In this document: positions 19,302 through 28,466 of the stretch, piece by piece
How the letters are laid out: the number at the start of each line of letters is the position of its first letter
Position numbering within the stretch: the first letter of the stretch is position 1
Notes under the pieces: generated by a model
What the model was told of the DNA's origin: nothing
Databases searched by the model: none
What the model saw: the letters and a program-made list of their open reading frames with translations, nothing else
NCBI GenBank assembly: GCA_023301025.1
Contig: JALZUR010000022.1
Location: 32,724-96,723 of the forward strand
Reading direction: 5' to 3'
Source of the DNA: Bdellovibrionales bacterium
GTDB taxonomy: Bacteria; Bdellovibrionota; Bdellovibrionia; Bdellovibrionales; UBA1609
DNA: 64,000 nt
Program-made: the position numbers and the translations under genes

Positions 19302-20395
19302 CAGGGTTTAGATTCAGGATCAAGAAGTAGGTCTATGAAAATAGGAAAATGATCACTTGGGTTTTTAGATCTTTGTTCATAGGTTTCAGGAATAGGTCTT
19401 ATTAATCCTGTTTTAAAATCTTTATAGCGATAAACGTCAGCAGACAAGATTTGATTTTCAAAATGAAGTGAGGACAAAATGTAATCTAGTTCTAAATACC
19501 TTACTCCATTGCCGTCAGGATGAAACGAGTGAGTAAAACGTCCAAAACCAGCTTCATCTTTAAAAGTCTTTTCATCTCTTAAAGGAGTAAGTAGCTCTAA
19601 GTCTTTAATTGGGCTAAGCTCTTCTGCTTCAAGCTCAGCATTAAAATCCCCTAGTATTAAAAAAGGAATTTCAGGATTACGTTTGGTAAATCTTTTTACA
19701 ACTGTGGACATCATTTTAGCTTCGTGAAAACGTTTTTGAGTAGAGTCAGGATCATTTTTTCTATCATGTGCAGATTTAAGATGTACGCCAAACAATGCAA
19801 AAACTGGATCCCCAGTTTCACCATCTTTTATTATAAAATACCCAAGTTCTCTTGAAAATACAGGTTCTAATTCACCTGATGGCGCGTACCACTGATGTTG
19901 ATCGGTAGCTCTAGCTTGCACTGTAAAGTTTAAATTATCTTTAACTAAAAGCACTGTATTCATCAGTCTATTGCCCCCACCACCTGTGAGGTAGGGCACA
20001 TAGCTATTATTTAAATACTGCTCTACAAAACGATCGAGAGTTCTTGGAGTTTGCACTTCTTGTAGAATTAAAAAATCAGGCTCTGCATCTTTAATTATAT
20101 CTGCGATCTCTTGGGTGTGAGTCTCATCTTTAACTCTGTTGTAGTCTTCCGGACTCATCAGCTGTTCGTCTTTTCCGACATACAGATTTTGAACATTGTA
20201 GGACATAACTCGAATCTGCTCAGGGCGAATTAAGTTTTGAGGTGAAACAATTTTAGCACTAAATTTGTAATTAGAGTTTTGATTTGATAGCAGTTCTGCA
20301 CAAACCAAAGCTTGCGCTTGGTGAATAAAACTATGTTGTACTAATAATAAGAGTAAGCAGATTAATGAACGACGGAAACTAAGCCTAGTTAACAT
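19301..20395 (-). CDS. secreted endonuclease/exonuclease/phosphatase (EEP) family protein
   Basis: IRVMSYNVQNLY, FLILQEV, LGDFNA and the C-terminal NPSDHFPIFIDL are EEP catalytic motifs. I start it at the Met giving a normal signal peptide (MLTRLSFRRSLICLLLLLV…AQA). The track start at 20452 is a TTG deep inside the PspC gene. Confidence 0.7.
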   Translation of the reverse strand: MLTRLSFRRSLICLLLLLVQHSFIHQAQALVCAELLSNQNSNYKFSAKIVSPQNLIRPEQIRVMSYNVQNLYVGKDEQLMSPEDYNRVKDETHTQEIADIIKDAEPDFLILQEVQTPRTLDRFVEQYLNNSYVPYLTGGGGNRLMNTVLLVKDNLNFTVQARATDQHQWYAPSGELEPVFSRELGYFIIKDGETGDPVFALFGVHLKSAHDRKNDPDSTQKRFHEAKMMSTVVKRFTKRNPEIPFLILGDFNAELEAEELSPIKDLELLTPLRDEKTFKDEAGFGRFTHSFHPDGNGVRYLELDYILSSLHFENQILSADVYRYKDFKTGLIRPIPETYEQRSKNPSDHFPIFIDLLLDPESKP

Positions 20396-20810
20396 CTCGC
20401 ACATCTGAATCCGATGAACTAAAACCTTTAGCCCCCTCATCGTTCCCCCCAAGAATTAAGCTTGTAATCACATAAATAACAAAGACTGGTAAAAAAGCGG
20501 TTAAAGCGCTTGCAAGAAGTACAAAAAACCTGAGCCATGTTTCATGAAGACCAATGGACTTTGCACACTTATGACAACTTCCTAAAAATATAGGATGCTC
20601 TTTGTATGGAGTATTGATCGCATCTGGAAAGCTAAGCATTGCAAAAAAATAAACGAGAAGACATGTACCGAAAGTGGCAAAACACAGAACAATAAAAATC
20701 AAACGAATAATAGCTACGTGAACATTTAAAGACTTTGATAAACCCCCACAAACGCCACCAATCACACCATTTCGTCTTACAAATATATTCATAGGATATA
20801 TAAATAGCAC
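20385..20810 (-). CDS. PspC-domain membrane protein
   Basis: RRNGVIGGVCGGLSKSLNVHVAIIRLIFIVL is the PspC domain signature. The ATG at 20792 is an alternative start. Confidence 0.7.
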   Translation of the reverse strand: MLFIYPMNIFVRRNGVIGGVCGGLSKSLNVHVAIIRLIFIVLCFATFGTCLLVYFFAMLSFPDAINTPYKEHPIFLGSCHKCAKSIGLHETWLRFFVLLASALTAFLPVFVIYVITSLILGGNDEGAKGFSSSDSDVRDVN

Positions 20811-20854
20811 GAGATTGATCTTTTTAAAAGAAACTTAGCAAATATTTAAGTCCT

Positions 20855-20893
20855 TAAAATAAAAAGAGTGCTGTATTTCAAATACAACACTCT
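20855..20893 (-). terminator. rho-independent terminator after fadE
   Basis: Minus strand reads AGAGTGTTGTA-tttgaaa-TACAGCACTCT followed by TTTTTATTTT (11-bp stem, one mismatch). Confidence 0.55.
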
Positions 20894-20932
20894 TAAGATA
20901 TTTCGTTAAGTTTGCAGTCTGGTAAGAGACTG

Positions 20933-23386
20933 CTACATGCCTGTTGTAAAGGCTTTAGAAGAGTAGTTAACGTACCCTTCTTGATCAAAATCATCTACTT
21001 GAATTGTGGCCCATCTTGCCGCACCTGCATCAGAAATAATCTTCTTCTCATCAACTGTAATAATTGATTTTTCCACTGCCTCGTCTAAAGCATCTAAAAT
21101 TGGTTTTTTAGAGATCACTTTTTTACGCATAGCTTTTTTAATTTTAGCCTCAAAAGCTTCTGCTTTTTTACTAAGCTCAAAAGCCTTTTGCACTTGTCCT
21201 AAACCAGGCTCATCTTCTGCAGGCTTGTAAACACCATCGGTAAGTCGTTGTCTTTGCTCCCCTACAGTCATCATTGCTTTACAAACCTTATGTCCAAGTT
21301 CGTCTGAAGGACCACTACCAAAAGAGTTAAACCTTGCCCATCTACCAACAATACCTTTAAAAAACCATGTAAGCCCTGGAACTTTTAAGTTCTCAAAAAT
21401 ACCAACAAAGGCGTGTTGCATCTCATGCATGCCGTAATCAAGAGCGTACTGTGCAAAGACTAAGTCTTCTTTTTTTCCAGTCTCTTCATACCTTCTAATT
21501 ATTGAAAGACTTAAAAACATCCAAGAAAGAATGTCGGCATAACGTCCTGTGATTTTTTCTTTTACTTTTAAACTTCCGCCCAATGAACCCATGGCAATAT
21601 CTGCCATAATCGCAAAACTTGCAGATGCCCAAGAAAGTTTTCTGTAATATGAGTTCATAGCTCCACCAGAAAAACCTACAGACAAATAGCCTCTAGTAAA
21701 ACTTAAAAGTACAGATCTAAAAACGTTTCTAACTATATGACCAATGTGTGACCAAAAAGCCTTATCAAAAGCTTGAACATCTGAAGCTTCAGCTGCCTTT
21801 ACTTCTGCATAAGCATAAGGATGGGCTCTTAATGCCCCTTGTCCAAAAATCATAAGAGTACGAGTTAAAATATTTGCTCCTTCTACAGTGATACTGATCG
21901 GGGCACCTATGTAGCCATGTGCTAAAATATTTCTAGGACCTTTTGAAATTGCAGCTCCACCAACAATGTCCATCGCTCCATTGATAACTTTTCTGTAAGC
22001 TTCAGTAGCTTGATACTTTGCAATGGCTGTAACCACTGGAGGTGCTATACCTCTGTCTAAAGCTCCTGCAATAAAAGTTCTGCACGACTCAACCATATAA
22101 GCAAGTCCACCAATCATAGCTAGTGGTTCCTCAACTCCTTCAAACTTACCAATCGATAAACCAAATTGTTTTCTAACAACCGAGTGACCAGAAGCAGCTA
22201 AAAACGCAACTTTAGTTCCACCAACACTTTGTGAAGGAAGTGAAATACCTCGCCCTGCGCCAAGACAGTCCATTAGCATTCCCCAACCTCTACCAATACC
22301 GCCTTGTCCGCCAACAACAGCTTCTTCGATATCAACTAAAACATTACTGCCTTGAGTTGGACAGTTGTAAAAAGGGACTCCTAAAGGATCATGTCTATGT
22401 CCAATAACAACACCGGGTGTTTTACTAGGAACTAGCACACACGTAATCCCTAAGTCTTTTTGATCTCCTATGAGACCGTCAGGGTCTCTTACTTGAACAG
22501 CTAATCCAATAGTTGTCGAAACAGCAGCTAATGTTATCCATCTTTTGTTCCAATCAATTCTTAGTTTTAATTTCCCGTCATCACCTTTAACAACAACAGC
22601 GTATGAAGTTATTGAACCAGCATCACTTCCTGCATTTGGCTCAGTCAAACCAAAACACGGGATCTCTTCTCCCACTGCAAGCTTAGGTAGAAGTCTATCT
22701 TTTTGCTCTTGTGTACCGTAATGACCTAAAAGTTCTGCAGGTCCTAAAGAGTTTGGAACCATTACAGTTACACCAACAGGGATTGATCTTGATGAGATCT
22801 TTTCAACAACAGCGCCATGAGCTAATGCTGAAAATCCAAGCCCACCATACTGTTTAGGTATAATCATACCTAAAAACTTTTTTTCCTTTATGAAGCTCCA
22901 AACATTGTCAGGCATTTGACGGTTTTGCCAAATCTCCCAATCATTGATCATTTTACAAAGCTCTTCAGTAGGCCCATCAATAAAAGCCTGCTCTTCAGAA
23001 GTTAAACTTGGGTAAGGTTCTTTTTTTAACTTGTTAAAATCTAGCTTTCCCGAAAATAAATCTTTTTCAACCCAAACAACACCAGCTTCTAAAGCGGTTC
23101 TCTCAGTTTCAGAAATATTAGGCAAAACCCCTTTCATAACTTTCATCACAACATTTGAAATAAGCAGACGTCTTATAGGTTTAATTACAAAGATTAAAAG
23201 TACAGCAAGAATTACACCCAAGCCTATTGGACTTAAGCCTAGAGAAAAAGAAAATGCTAAAATTATAGCGGACCAAAAAATAAAAGGCGCACCAAGATAA
23301 CCAAAAAGCACCATTAAAAAAACTGAGCCCCATAAAATATAGCAATCAAAAGCATGTAAGCTTTCTGCGATTTGTTGTAAATCCAA
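20933..23386 (-). CDS. fadE: long-form acyl-CoA dehydrogenase FadE
   Basis: Colinear by eye with E. coli FadE: N-terminal membrane segments, SETERTALEAGVVWVEKDLFSGK, TSEEQAFIDGPTEELC and KQYGGLGFSA. TTG start preceded by AGGAGA. Confidence 0.85.
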   Translation of the reverse strand: MDLQQIAESLHAFDCYILWGSVFLMVLFGYLGAPFIFWSAIILAFSFSLGLSPIGLGVILAVLLIFVIKPIRRLLISNVVMKVMKGVLPNISETERTALEAGVVWVEKDLFSGKLDFNKLKKEPYPSLTSEEQAFIDGPTEELCKMINDWEIWQNRQMPDNVWSFIKEKKFLGMIIPKQYGGLGFSALAHGAVVEKISSRSIPVGVTVMVPNSLGPAELLGHYGTQEQKDRLLPKLAVGEEIPCFGLTEPNAGSDAGSITSYAVVVKGDDGKLKLRIDWNKRWITLAAVSTTIGLAVQVRDPDGLIGDQKDLGITCVLVPSKTPGVVIGHRHDPLGVPFYNCPTQGSNVLVDIEEAVVGGQGGIGRGWGMLMDCLGAGRGISLPSQSVGGTKVAFLAASGHSVVRKQFGLSIGKFEGVEEPLAMIGGLAYMVESCRTFIAGALDRGIAPPVVTAIAKYQATEAYRKVINGAMDIVGGAAISKGPRNILAHGYIGAPISITVEGANILTRTLMIFGQGALRAHPYAYAEVKAAEASDVQAFDKAFWSHIGHIVRNVFRSVLLSFTRGYLSVGFSGGAMNSYYRKLSWASASFAIMADIAMGSLGGSLKVKEKITGRYADILSWMFLSLSIIRRYEETGKKEDLVFAQYALDYGMHEMQHAFVGIFENLKVPGLTWFFKGIVGRWARFNSFGSGPSDELGHKVCKAMMTVGEQRQRLTDGVYKPAEDEPGLGQVQKAFELSKKAEAFEAKIKKAMRKKVISKKPILDALDEAVEKSIITVDEKKIISDAGAARWATIQVDDFDQEGYVNYSSKAFTTGM

Positions 23387-23481
23387 AGTGTTCTCCTATT
23401 TATTTTAAATAACTATACCAATTGCTTTGCACATAATTCAATATTTTTACAAGAATCGTACTAAAAAAGTTTAGTCCCTTC

Positions 23482-23510
23482 TTGAACATAAACGAAAGCC
23501 CAGATATGTT
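23482..23510 (+). promoter_or_regulatory. candidate sigma-70 promoter of histone-fold gene
   Basis: TTGAAC-N17-TATGTT about 55 nt upstream of the ATG at 23565. Pattern match only. Confidence 0.3.
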
Positions 23511-23564
23511 TAATTTATTGTTATTCGGACAATGAACCAAAAAGAAACTTTAAAGGAGTTCTCC

Positions 23565-23810
23565 ATGGCTAAGAAAAAAGCAAAAAAATCAACTAAGAAA
23601 GCAGCAAAGAAAACAACTAGAAGAAAATCAAGTGAACCTCTTTACGTTGCAAGTAAAGTAAAAATGGCTATTAAAGGTTACAAAATGAACATGGCTGGAG
23701 ATGCTCTAGATGGTCTTAACAGTGTTATTTATGCACACGTTGAACAAGCTGCTAAAAGAGCTCAGTTAAACGGCAGAAAAACTGTACGTGCGCACGATTT
23801 CTCTATTTAA
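23565..23810 (+). CDS. bacterial histone-fold DNA-binding protein (Bd0055/HBb-like) with Lys-rich N-terminal tail
   Basis: AAGGAG lies 6 nt before the ATG at 23565; the track ATG at 23532 has no SD. The core LYVASKVKMAIKGYKMNMAGDALDGLNSVIYAHVEQAAKRAQLNGRKTVRAHDF aligns by eye with B. bacteriovorus HBb. It carries the histone-fold GRKTV..D signature. Tail: MAKKKAKKSTKKAAKKTTRRKSS. Confidence 0.7.
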   Translation: MAKKKAKKSTKKAAKKTTRRKSSEPLYVASKVKMAIKGYKMNMAGDALDGLNSVIYAHVEQAAKRAQLNGRKTVRAHDFSI

Positions 23811-23888
23811 TTTATGTAAGTCAGATGTACAAAGGTTTTAGACCTTTACTGACTTTGATAAAATTAGTTTTTATATTTAGAAACTACA

Positions 23889-23922
23889 AAAAACCAGAGT
23901 ATTCACACTCTGGTTTTTTTTT
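23889..23922 (+). terminator. rho-independent terminator of histone-fold gene
   Basis: AACCAGAGT-attcac-ACTCTGGTT followed by TTTTTTT, preceded by an A-run. Confidence 0.7.
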
Positions 23923-24041
23923 AAATACTTTACAAAATATTCGTCTAAATATTCTAAAAAATATTTTATAAAGCTTTTAACAAAACTTTTTACATTCTTG
24001 ACTGTTTTTGTTTTGCTCTGGATGTGTTTGAATACACTTAG

Positions 24042-25346
24042 ATGAAATCCTCTAGAGACTCGGCACCAAAGATCAAATTAAAACTAAATTCACTAACTGA
24101 TGAATCTCGTTGGATCCTGTATGATTGGGCAAATTCTGTTTTCGCAGTGTCTGTTATGTCAGGTTTTTTCCCCATACTTTTTAGAAAGTACTGGGCCAAA
24201 GACTTGGCTTCAGAACATGTGACTCTTTACTTAGGCATTACAAACTCAAGTTTGTCACTTCTGCTTTTTTTTCTACTCCCTGTCATGGGTTATTTTTTAG
24301 ACTTTAAGTCAAAAAACCCTCAAAGACTTTTATTTTTTACAGCCCTTCTGGGGAGCGTTTTCACATCTCTTCTTTATTTCGCTGAATTTGGTGAATTTAA
24401 AAAAGCACTTATATACTACGGTATTGCATTTATATTTTTTGCCCTAGGCAACACTCAGTATGACAGTCTTCTTTTAAAGATCGTAAAAAAAAATCATGTT
24501 AAAACCTTTGATCTTGATAGGCTTTCAAGCCTTGGTTACATGTTTGGCTACATAGGTGGTGGTGTTGGGCTTTTACTTCAAAGCTTAGTCATTATTTTTC
24601 ATAAAGATCTTGGTTTCTCTTCACCTTTAGAACCTGTAAAACTTGCATTTATCACCACGGGGATTTGGTGGATTTTCTTTTCTACTCCACTTTTAAAAAT
24701 AAATTTAAGACCTCTAGTAAACAACACCCCAACCAATGATCTAACGCAAAAAACTCAAAATTTTTTTAAAGAGTCATATTTATTTTTAAGAACTCTTCCT
24801 AAAAAAACCCTTTTGTTTTTAGCGGCTTTTTTCTTGTACATTGATGTAGTATACACCGCTTATAAAATGGCTGCTGACTTTGGCTTAAGCTTAGGACTTT
24901 CACAAAACCAAATGATCGCAGCTCTTTTGTATGTCCAAGTTGTTGGAGCACCCGGAGCTTATCTTATGCTTATGATTGCTAGAAAATTTAAGACTTCTAC
25001 GTCATTGTACTTTGGGCTTTTGTGCTACGCTGTGGTTTTACTTCTATCTCCCTTTACAAAAGGGCCTTTAATGTTTTTTACGTTGGCTACTTTTATTGGT
25101 CTAGCACAAGGAGGGATCCAATCTTTAAGTAGGTCTTACTTTTCAAGTTTACTTCCACAAAACAAGCAAGGTATGGGCTTTGGATTTTTAAATGTTTTTG
25201 GAAAACTATCAGCAGTTTTAGGTCCACTTGTTATGGGACTTTGCACCTATTTTTTTAAAAGTCCAACCTACTCGGTTCTTTCACTCTTTCCATTTTTATT
25301 TTTAGGAGCACTTTTACTTTACTTGTCTTTTAAAGAACAAAATTAA
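24042..25346 (+). CDS. MFS transporter (UMF1/Atg22-like family)
   Basis: N-terminal RWILYDWANSVFAVSVMSGFFPILF matches the UMF1 family start. About 12 TM helices. Confidence 0.75.
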   Translation: MKSSRDSAPKIKLKLNSLTDESRWILYDWANSVFAVSVMSGFFPILFRKYWAKDLASEHVTLYLGITNSSLSLLLFFLLPVMGYFLDFKSKNPQRLLFFTALLGSVFTSLLYFAEFGEFKKALIYYGIAFIFFALGNTQYDSLLLKIVKKNHVKTFDLDRLSSLGYMFGYIGGGVGLLLQSLVIIFHKDLGFSSPLEPVKLAFITTGIWWIFFSTPLLKINLRPLVNNTPTNDLTQKTQNFFKESYLFLRTLPKKTLLFLAAFFLYIDVVYTAYKMAADFGLSLGLSQNQMIAALLYVQVVGAPGAYLMLMIARKFKTSTSLYFGLLCYAVVLLLSPFTKGPLMFFTLATFIGLAQGGIQSLSRSYFSSLLPQNKQGMGFGFLNVFGKLSAVLGPLVMGLCTYFFKSPTYSVLSLFPFLFLGALLLYLSFKEQN

Positions 25347-25388
25347 ATTTTATAAATATTTTGATAGAACACAAAGTATCTTTCTACT

Positions 25389-27593
25389 TTAAAGATCACC
25401 GTTTTCTAAGCTGCCAGTAGTTCCATTTCCACCTATGGGGTGCTCCCCTTGAAGATAGTCACTAGAAATAAGTTTTACTGAATAACCAAACCTTCCACCT
25501 TGCAAACATCCTGAAGGTTGTCTTGGCTTGTTGGTTCCAGCTGTTGCATCTGTAGGTGTTACACAACGAGCAAAAAATGCATCCATCACACCATCTGTTG
25601 GAGAAAGATAACTCATTGGTTCACGCCCTTTATTCCATGATGTTAGCATTGCAAAATTTGTAGATGAATTTAAAAAATAAGGCACCTGATCTGCACTGCG
25701 ATTTATATTAAAAGGTGCAATGGTGACTGGAATATCTTTGCCACCTTCAATGCTATAGTTAGAAAGCTGGTTTAGAATACTAAAGCGCTTATTCTCTTCA
25801 AAAGCTCCAATGTCTCCTCTTAAAGGTTTATTATTAGGTTCAGTGATCCAGCTTGATAATTTTTGAACCCCATTTTCTTCAATAAAATAGTCATAGTAAT
25901 TTGGCGAAATCGAATAGTACGTAATATCAAATGCATCAGGCACAATAGCTGCAATTTCCATTCTTCTGTTAAAAGAATCTGTTCGATCAACTCCTTCATC
26001 TCTTGAAACATCTTGTATAAGTGGATCACTGTAAGACTCTGTACTTTGATAAGAGTGTGTTACAAAGTGATAGTCTTGAATGGACGTGGGTGGAATTTGC
26101 CCACCCACACCTGATATATAATTCCACGCCACTAAAGGGCCCGCATGAACCATTGCTTCATTTGTTGTTAAACCATTTTGATCTGTGGGGAACCTTGAAT
26201 AGTTTGGATAAACCGTTGGATCGGTTGACGTTCTATTTGTTCCGTACTCACCAATGGTAACTCTGTTAGGTGTTTTAGCATCAGTACGCTCTCCACCATT
26301 TGACTGAACAGAGCCTTGTGGCCAAAGGCTTTCATACCATGGTCCAATGCGTCCACCAAAAGGTTTAGCATAAGACCGTCCTGCCACTCGTATTCCATCA
26401 TTTGAAATAAAGCTTCCTAAAAAAAGTGGCTTAGAAAAAGAAAAGGCATCCACTTTATTGTAAACCATATACCAAGGGTTTTTTTCTACCCCTAAACTTA
26501 AAACTTCAAATTGATCATCTGAAGCATTTGGTGGGTAACCTCCAAAAACTGCAATTTGTGTGTTGGGATCTAAACGAGTTATAAGGTTTTGAGTTCTAGG
26601 CACAGCTTGAATTGTATGATTTCTAACTACCTCACTGCACCCGCCTCCAGCAGTGGAAAAAGCTGAGTAAGGGATTAAGACATTTATATAAACTGGATTT
26701 AGCCAATCACTTGGTGAAATCCCAGCCATAGAGTTTGCAACTGTTAAAACATTTCTATTACCTTGCAAATACTCTCTGTTAGATTCAGTCAGATTGTGGG
26801 TAAATGTTTTATATGCTCCATCAAAAATATTTCCACCTTCAATATCACGCATACCATCAGCACCTGCAACAATAGGTCTGGCGAGGTTTTGTGCAATTTC
26901 ATTTATCACATGTCTTCTACTTTGCTGTTCGTATTTATGAGCCCCAACAATAGAGTTTGCATAGTACCAATTAAGGTAAGCAACATTTTCACAATTTGTC
27001 GCAATATTTAAGTTAGCTGAATCAACATCTCCTAAAAGCCCCCCAATAAGTCCACCAAGTATAGAACTTACACCCTCTAAATACCCCACATTAAAACTTA
27101 AAGTTGAACAGTAGTTATCACCACCAATATCACTTATTAAATGACCTGCACCAATACATACTCTTGGAGGAATAGGCCCCTGTGGGCCATTACCAATAGT
27201 AGCAGGTGTGTAAGGATCTCTATTTCCTCTTAAACCTTGCCAACCAAACTCTATTCCAGGGTTTCTTATGCCGTTTGCTGTACGCGAGGCATTCCCATAA
27301 ACCCTATACCGATAGCTTAGAAGCTTAAAACTTTGTCTGATGGCATAGTTGTTGTGAGCAATGGCTCCTAAAAGTTCGGCTTGTTTTGAAGCAACATAGT
27401 AAGAGGCAAGATCTGTTGCATTTTGAATATTTATTTTATCGTGAATGAACATCGAAAGACTTACAGTCATTGAAAAAAGCGTAAAGACCACAAAAAAAGA
27501 CAGTGCCATAAAAATGGTGATCTGACCCTTTAGTTTTTTAACGCAGTTGTTATCTTTTTTTTTAGTAAGGCTCTTTGGTTTTTTATAATACAC
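25389..27593 (-). CDS. large membrane-anchored/secreted protein with TadE/TadG-like N-terminal domain
   Basis: KGQITIFMALSFFVVFTLFSMTVSLSMFIHDKINIQNATDLASYYVASKQAE resembles the Tad (TadE/G-like) N-terminal domain (TM + LQNAADaAAL). The remaining about 680 aa are unrecognised. GTG start, no SD. Confidence 0.5.
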   Translation of the reverse strand: MYYKKPKSLTKKKDNNCVKKLKGQITIFMALSFFVVFTLFSMTVSLSMFIHDKINIQNATDLASYYVASKQAELLGAIAHNNYAIRQSFKLLSYRYRVYGNASRTANGIRNPGIEFGWQGLRGNRDPYTPATIGNGPQGPIPPRVCIGAGHLISDIGGDNYCSTLSFNVGYLEGVSSILGGLIGGLLGDVDSANLNIATNCENVAYLNWYYANSIVGAHKYEQQSRRHVINEIAQNLARPIVAGADGMRDIEGGNIFDGAYKTFTHNLTESNREYLQGNRNVLTVANSMAGISPSDWLNPVYINVLIPYSAFSTAGGGCSEVVRNHTIQAVPRTQNLITRLDPNTQIAVFGGYPPNASDDQFEVLSLGVEKNPWYMVYNKVDAFSFSKPLFLGSFISNDGIRVAGRSYAKPFGGRIGPWYESLWPQGSVQSNGGERTDAKTPNRVTIGEYGTNRTSTDPTVYPNYSRFPTDQNGLTTNEAMVHAGPLVAWNYISGVGGQIPPTSIQDYHFVTHSYQSTESYSDPLIQDVSRDEGVDRTDSFNRRMEIAAIVPDAFDITYYSISPNYYDYFIEENGVQKLSSWITEPNNKPLRGDIGAFEENKRFSILNQLSNYSIEGGKDIPVTIAPFNINRSADQVPYFLNSSTNFAMLTSWNKGREPMSYLSPTDGVMDAFFARCVTPTDATAGTNKPRQPSGCLQGGRFGYSVKLISSDYLQGEHPIGGNGTTGSLENGDL

Positions 27594-27613
27594 ACATCTA
27601 TTGTGCTCTAAAT

Positions 27614-28465
27614 TTATTTTAAAATAAACTCTTTTGACTTCATTTTTTTCTGATATCTTCTGTGAATCATTTTAAAGATATCATCACCTGCAACACCCAC
27701 AGCACCTTTTCTAGCTGTATCACCCATAGCAGCTAAAAGATCATCGTTGTTTGATTTTGCTGAAGCAGGCTGTCTACTCCCGTCTGCTGTTTGAATATAA
27801 GAGTCTACAATTTTAAGGCGTTTACTCTTAACTTTATTAGCACTACCTTTGTCTATAGACTTAAGCTTTTTTTCTAGAGCTATTTTTTTACCATTTGCAA
27901 AAGGACCTTTTTTAGGATCATTTGCAAGTGCTGATAAATTTTGAGTTTTGCCATTTGGTCCAGTAAGAGTTCCAGCTTTTTCATCTAGCTTATAACCATT
28001 TTCAGCTAAGGCTTTTCTTGCATTGTCTAAAATTCCGCCTGGTCCATTTATTAGCTTATTCACTTGATCACTATCTCCATCTGCAATTGCATTTCCAAGA
28101 GATGTTCCAATTAAACTTTGGTCAATAGCGTCTGCTGAACAACCCGATGCTGATGGGGTAAGGCAAAAGCCTTGATTTACAGGACCATCTTGATACTCAC
28201 TACCCGAAAGCTGTCTGTATTTGTTTCTGCTGTCTGAATACTGATCCGCTAAACTACTGAGTAATGAAAGTCCGACACCTATCATTGCGCAGGAGTAAGG
28301 ATTAAAAAAATTACAAGTGCCAGTCATAGTTGCTGTAAATGCTGCTGCAGCAGCAGTTGTAGCTACATTTTTGCCTATGTTAACCGCTATAGCATCAGAA
28401 GAACTACTTGCATACGTATTTATTGAAAACACTATTACACTGATTAAAGCTATTATCTTTTTCAT
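27614..28465 (-). CDS. secreted protein, unknown function (paralogous C-terminal motif with next gene)
   Basis: Signal peptide MKKIIALISVIVFSINTYA. An Ala/Thr/Cys-rich hydrophobic stretch. C-terminal GDDIFKMIHRRYQ. The start lies 1 nt after the upstream stop. Confidence 0.5.
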   Translation of the reverse strand: MKKIIALISVIVFSINTYASSSSDAIAVNIGKNVATTAAAAAFTATMTGTCNFFNPYSCAMIGVGLSLLSSLADQYSDSRNKYRQLSGSEYQDGPVNQGFCLTPSASGCSADAIDQSLIGTSLGNAIADGDSDQVNKLINGPGGILDNARKALAENGYKLDEKAGTLTGPNGKTQNLSALANDPKKGPFANGKKIALEKKLKSIDKGSANKVKSKRLKIVDSYIQTADGSRQPASAKSNNDDLLAAMGDTARKGAVGVAGDDIFKMIHRRYQKKMKSKEFILK

Positions 28466-28466
28466 A

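Noticed and set aside
25820-27011. Four short ORFs inside the 734-aa gene (25820-26029, 26021-26260, 26168-26401, 26763-27011)
   Set aside because: They are nested in or antisense to the long uninterrupted 2.2-kb frame and have no SDs. The long frame has a coherent TM plus Tad-like N-terminus.
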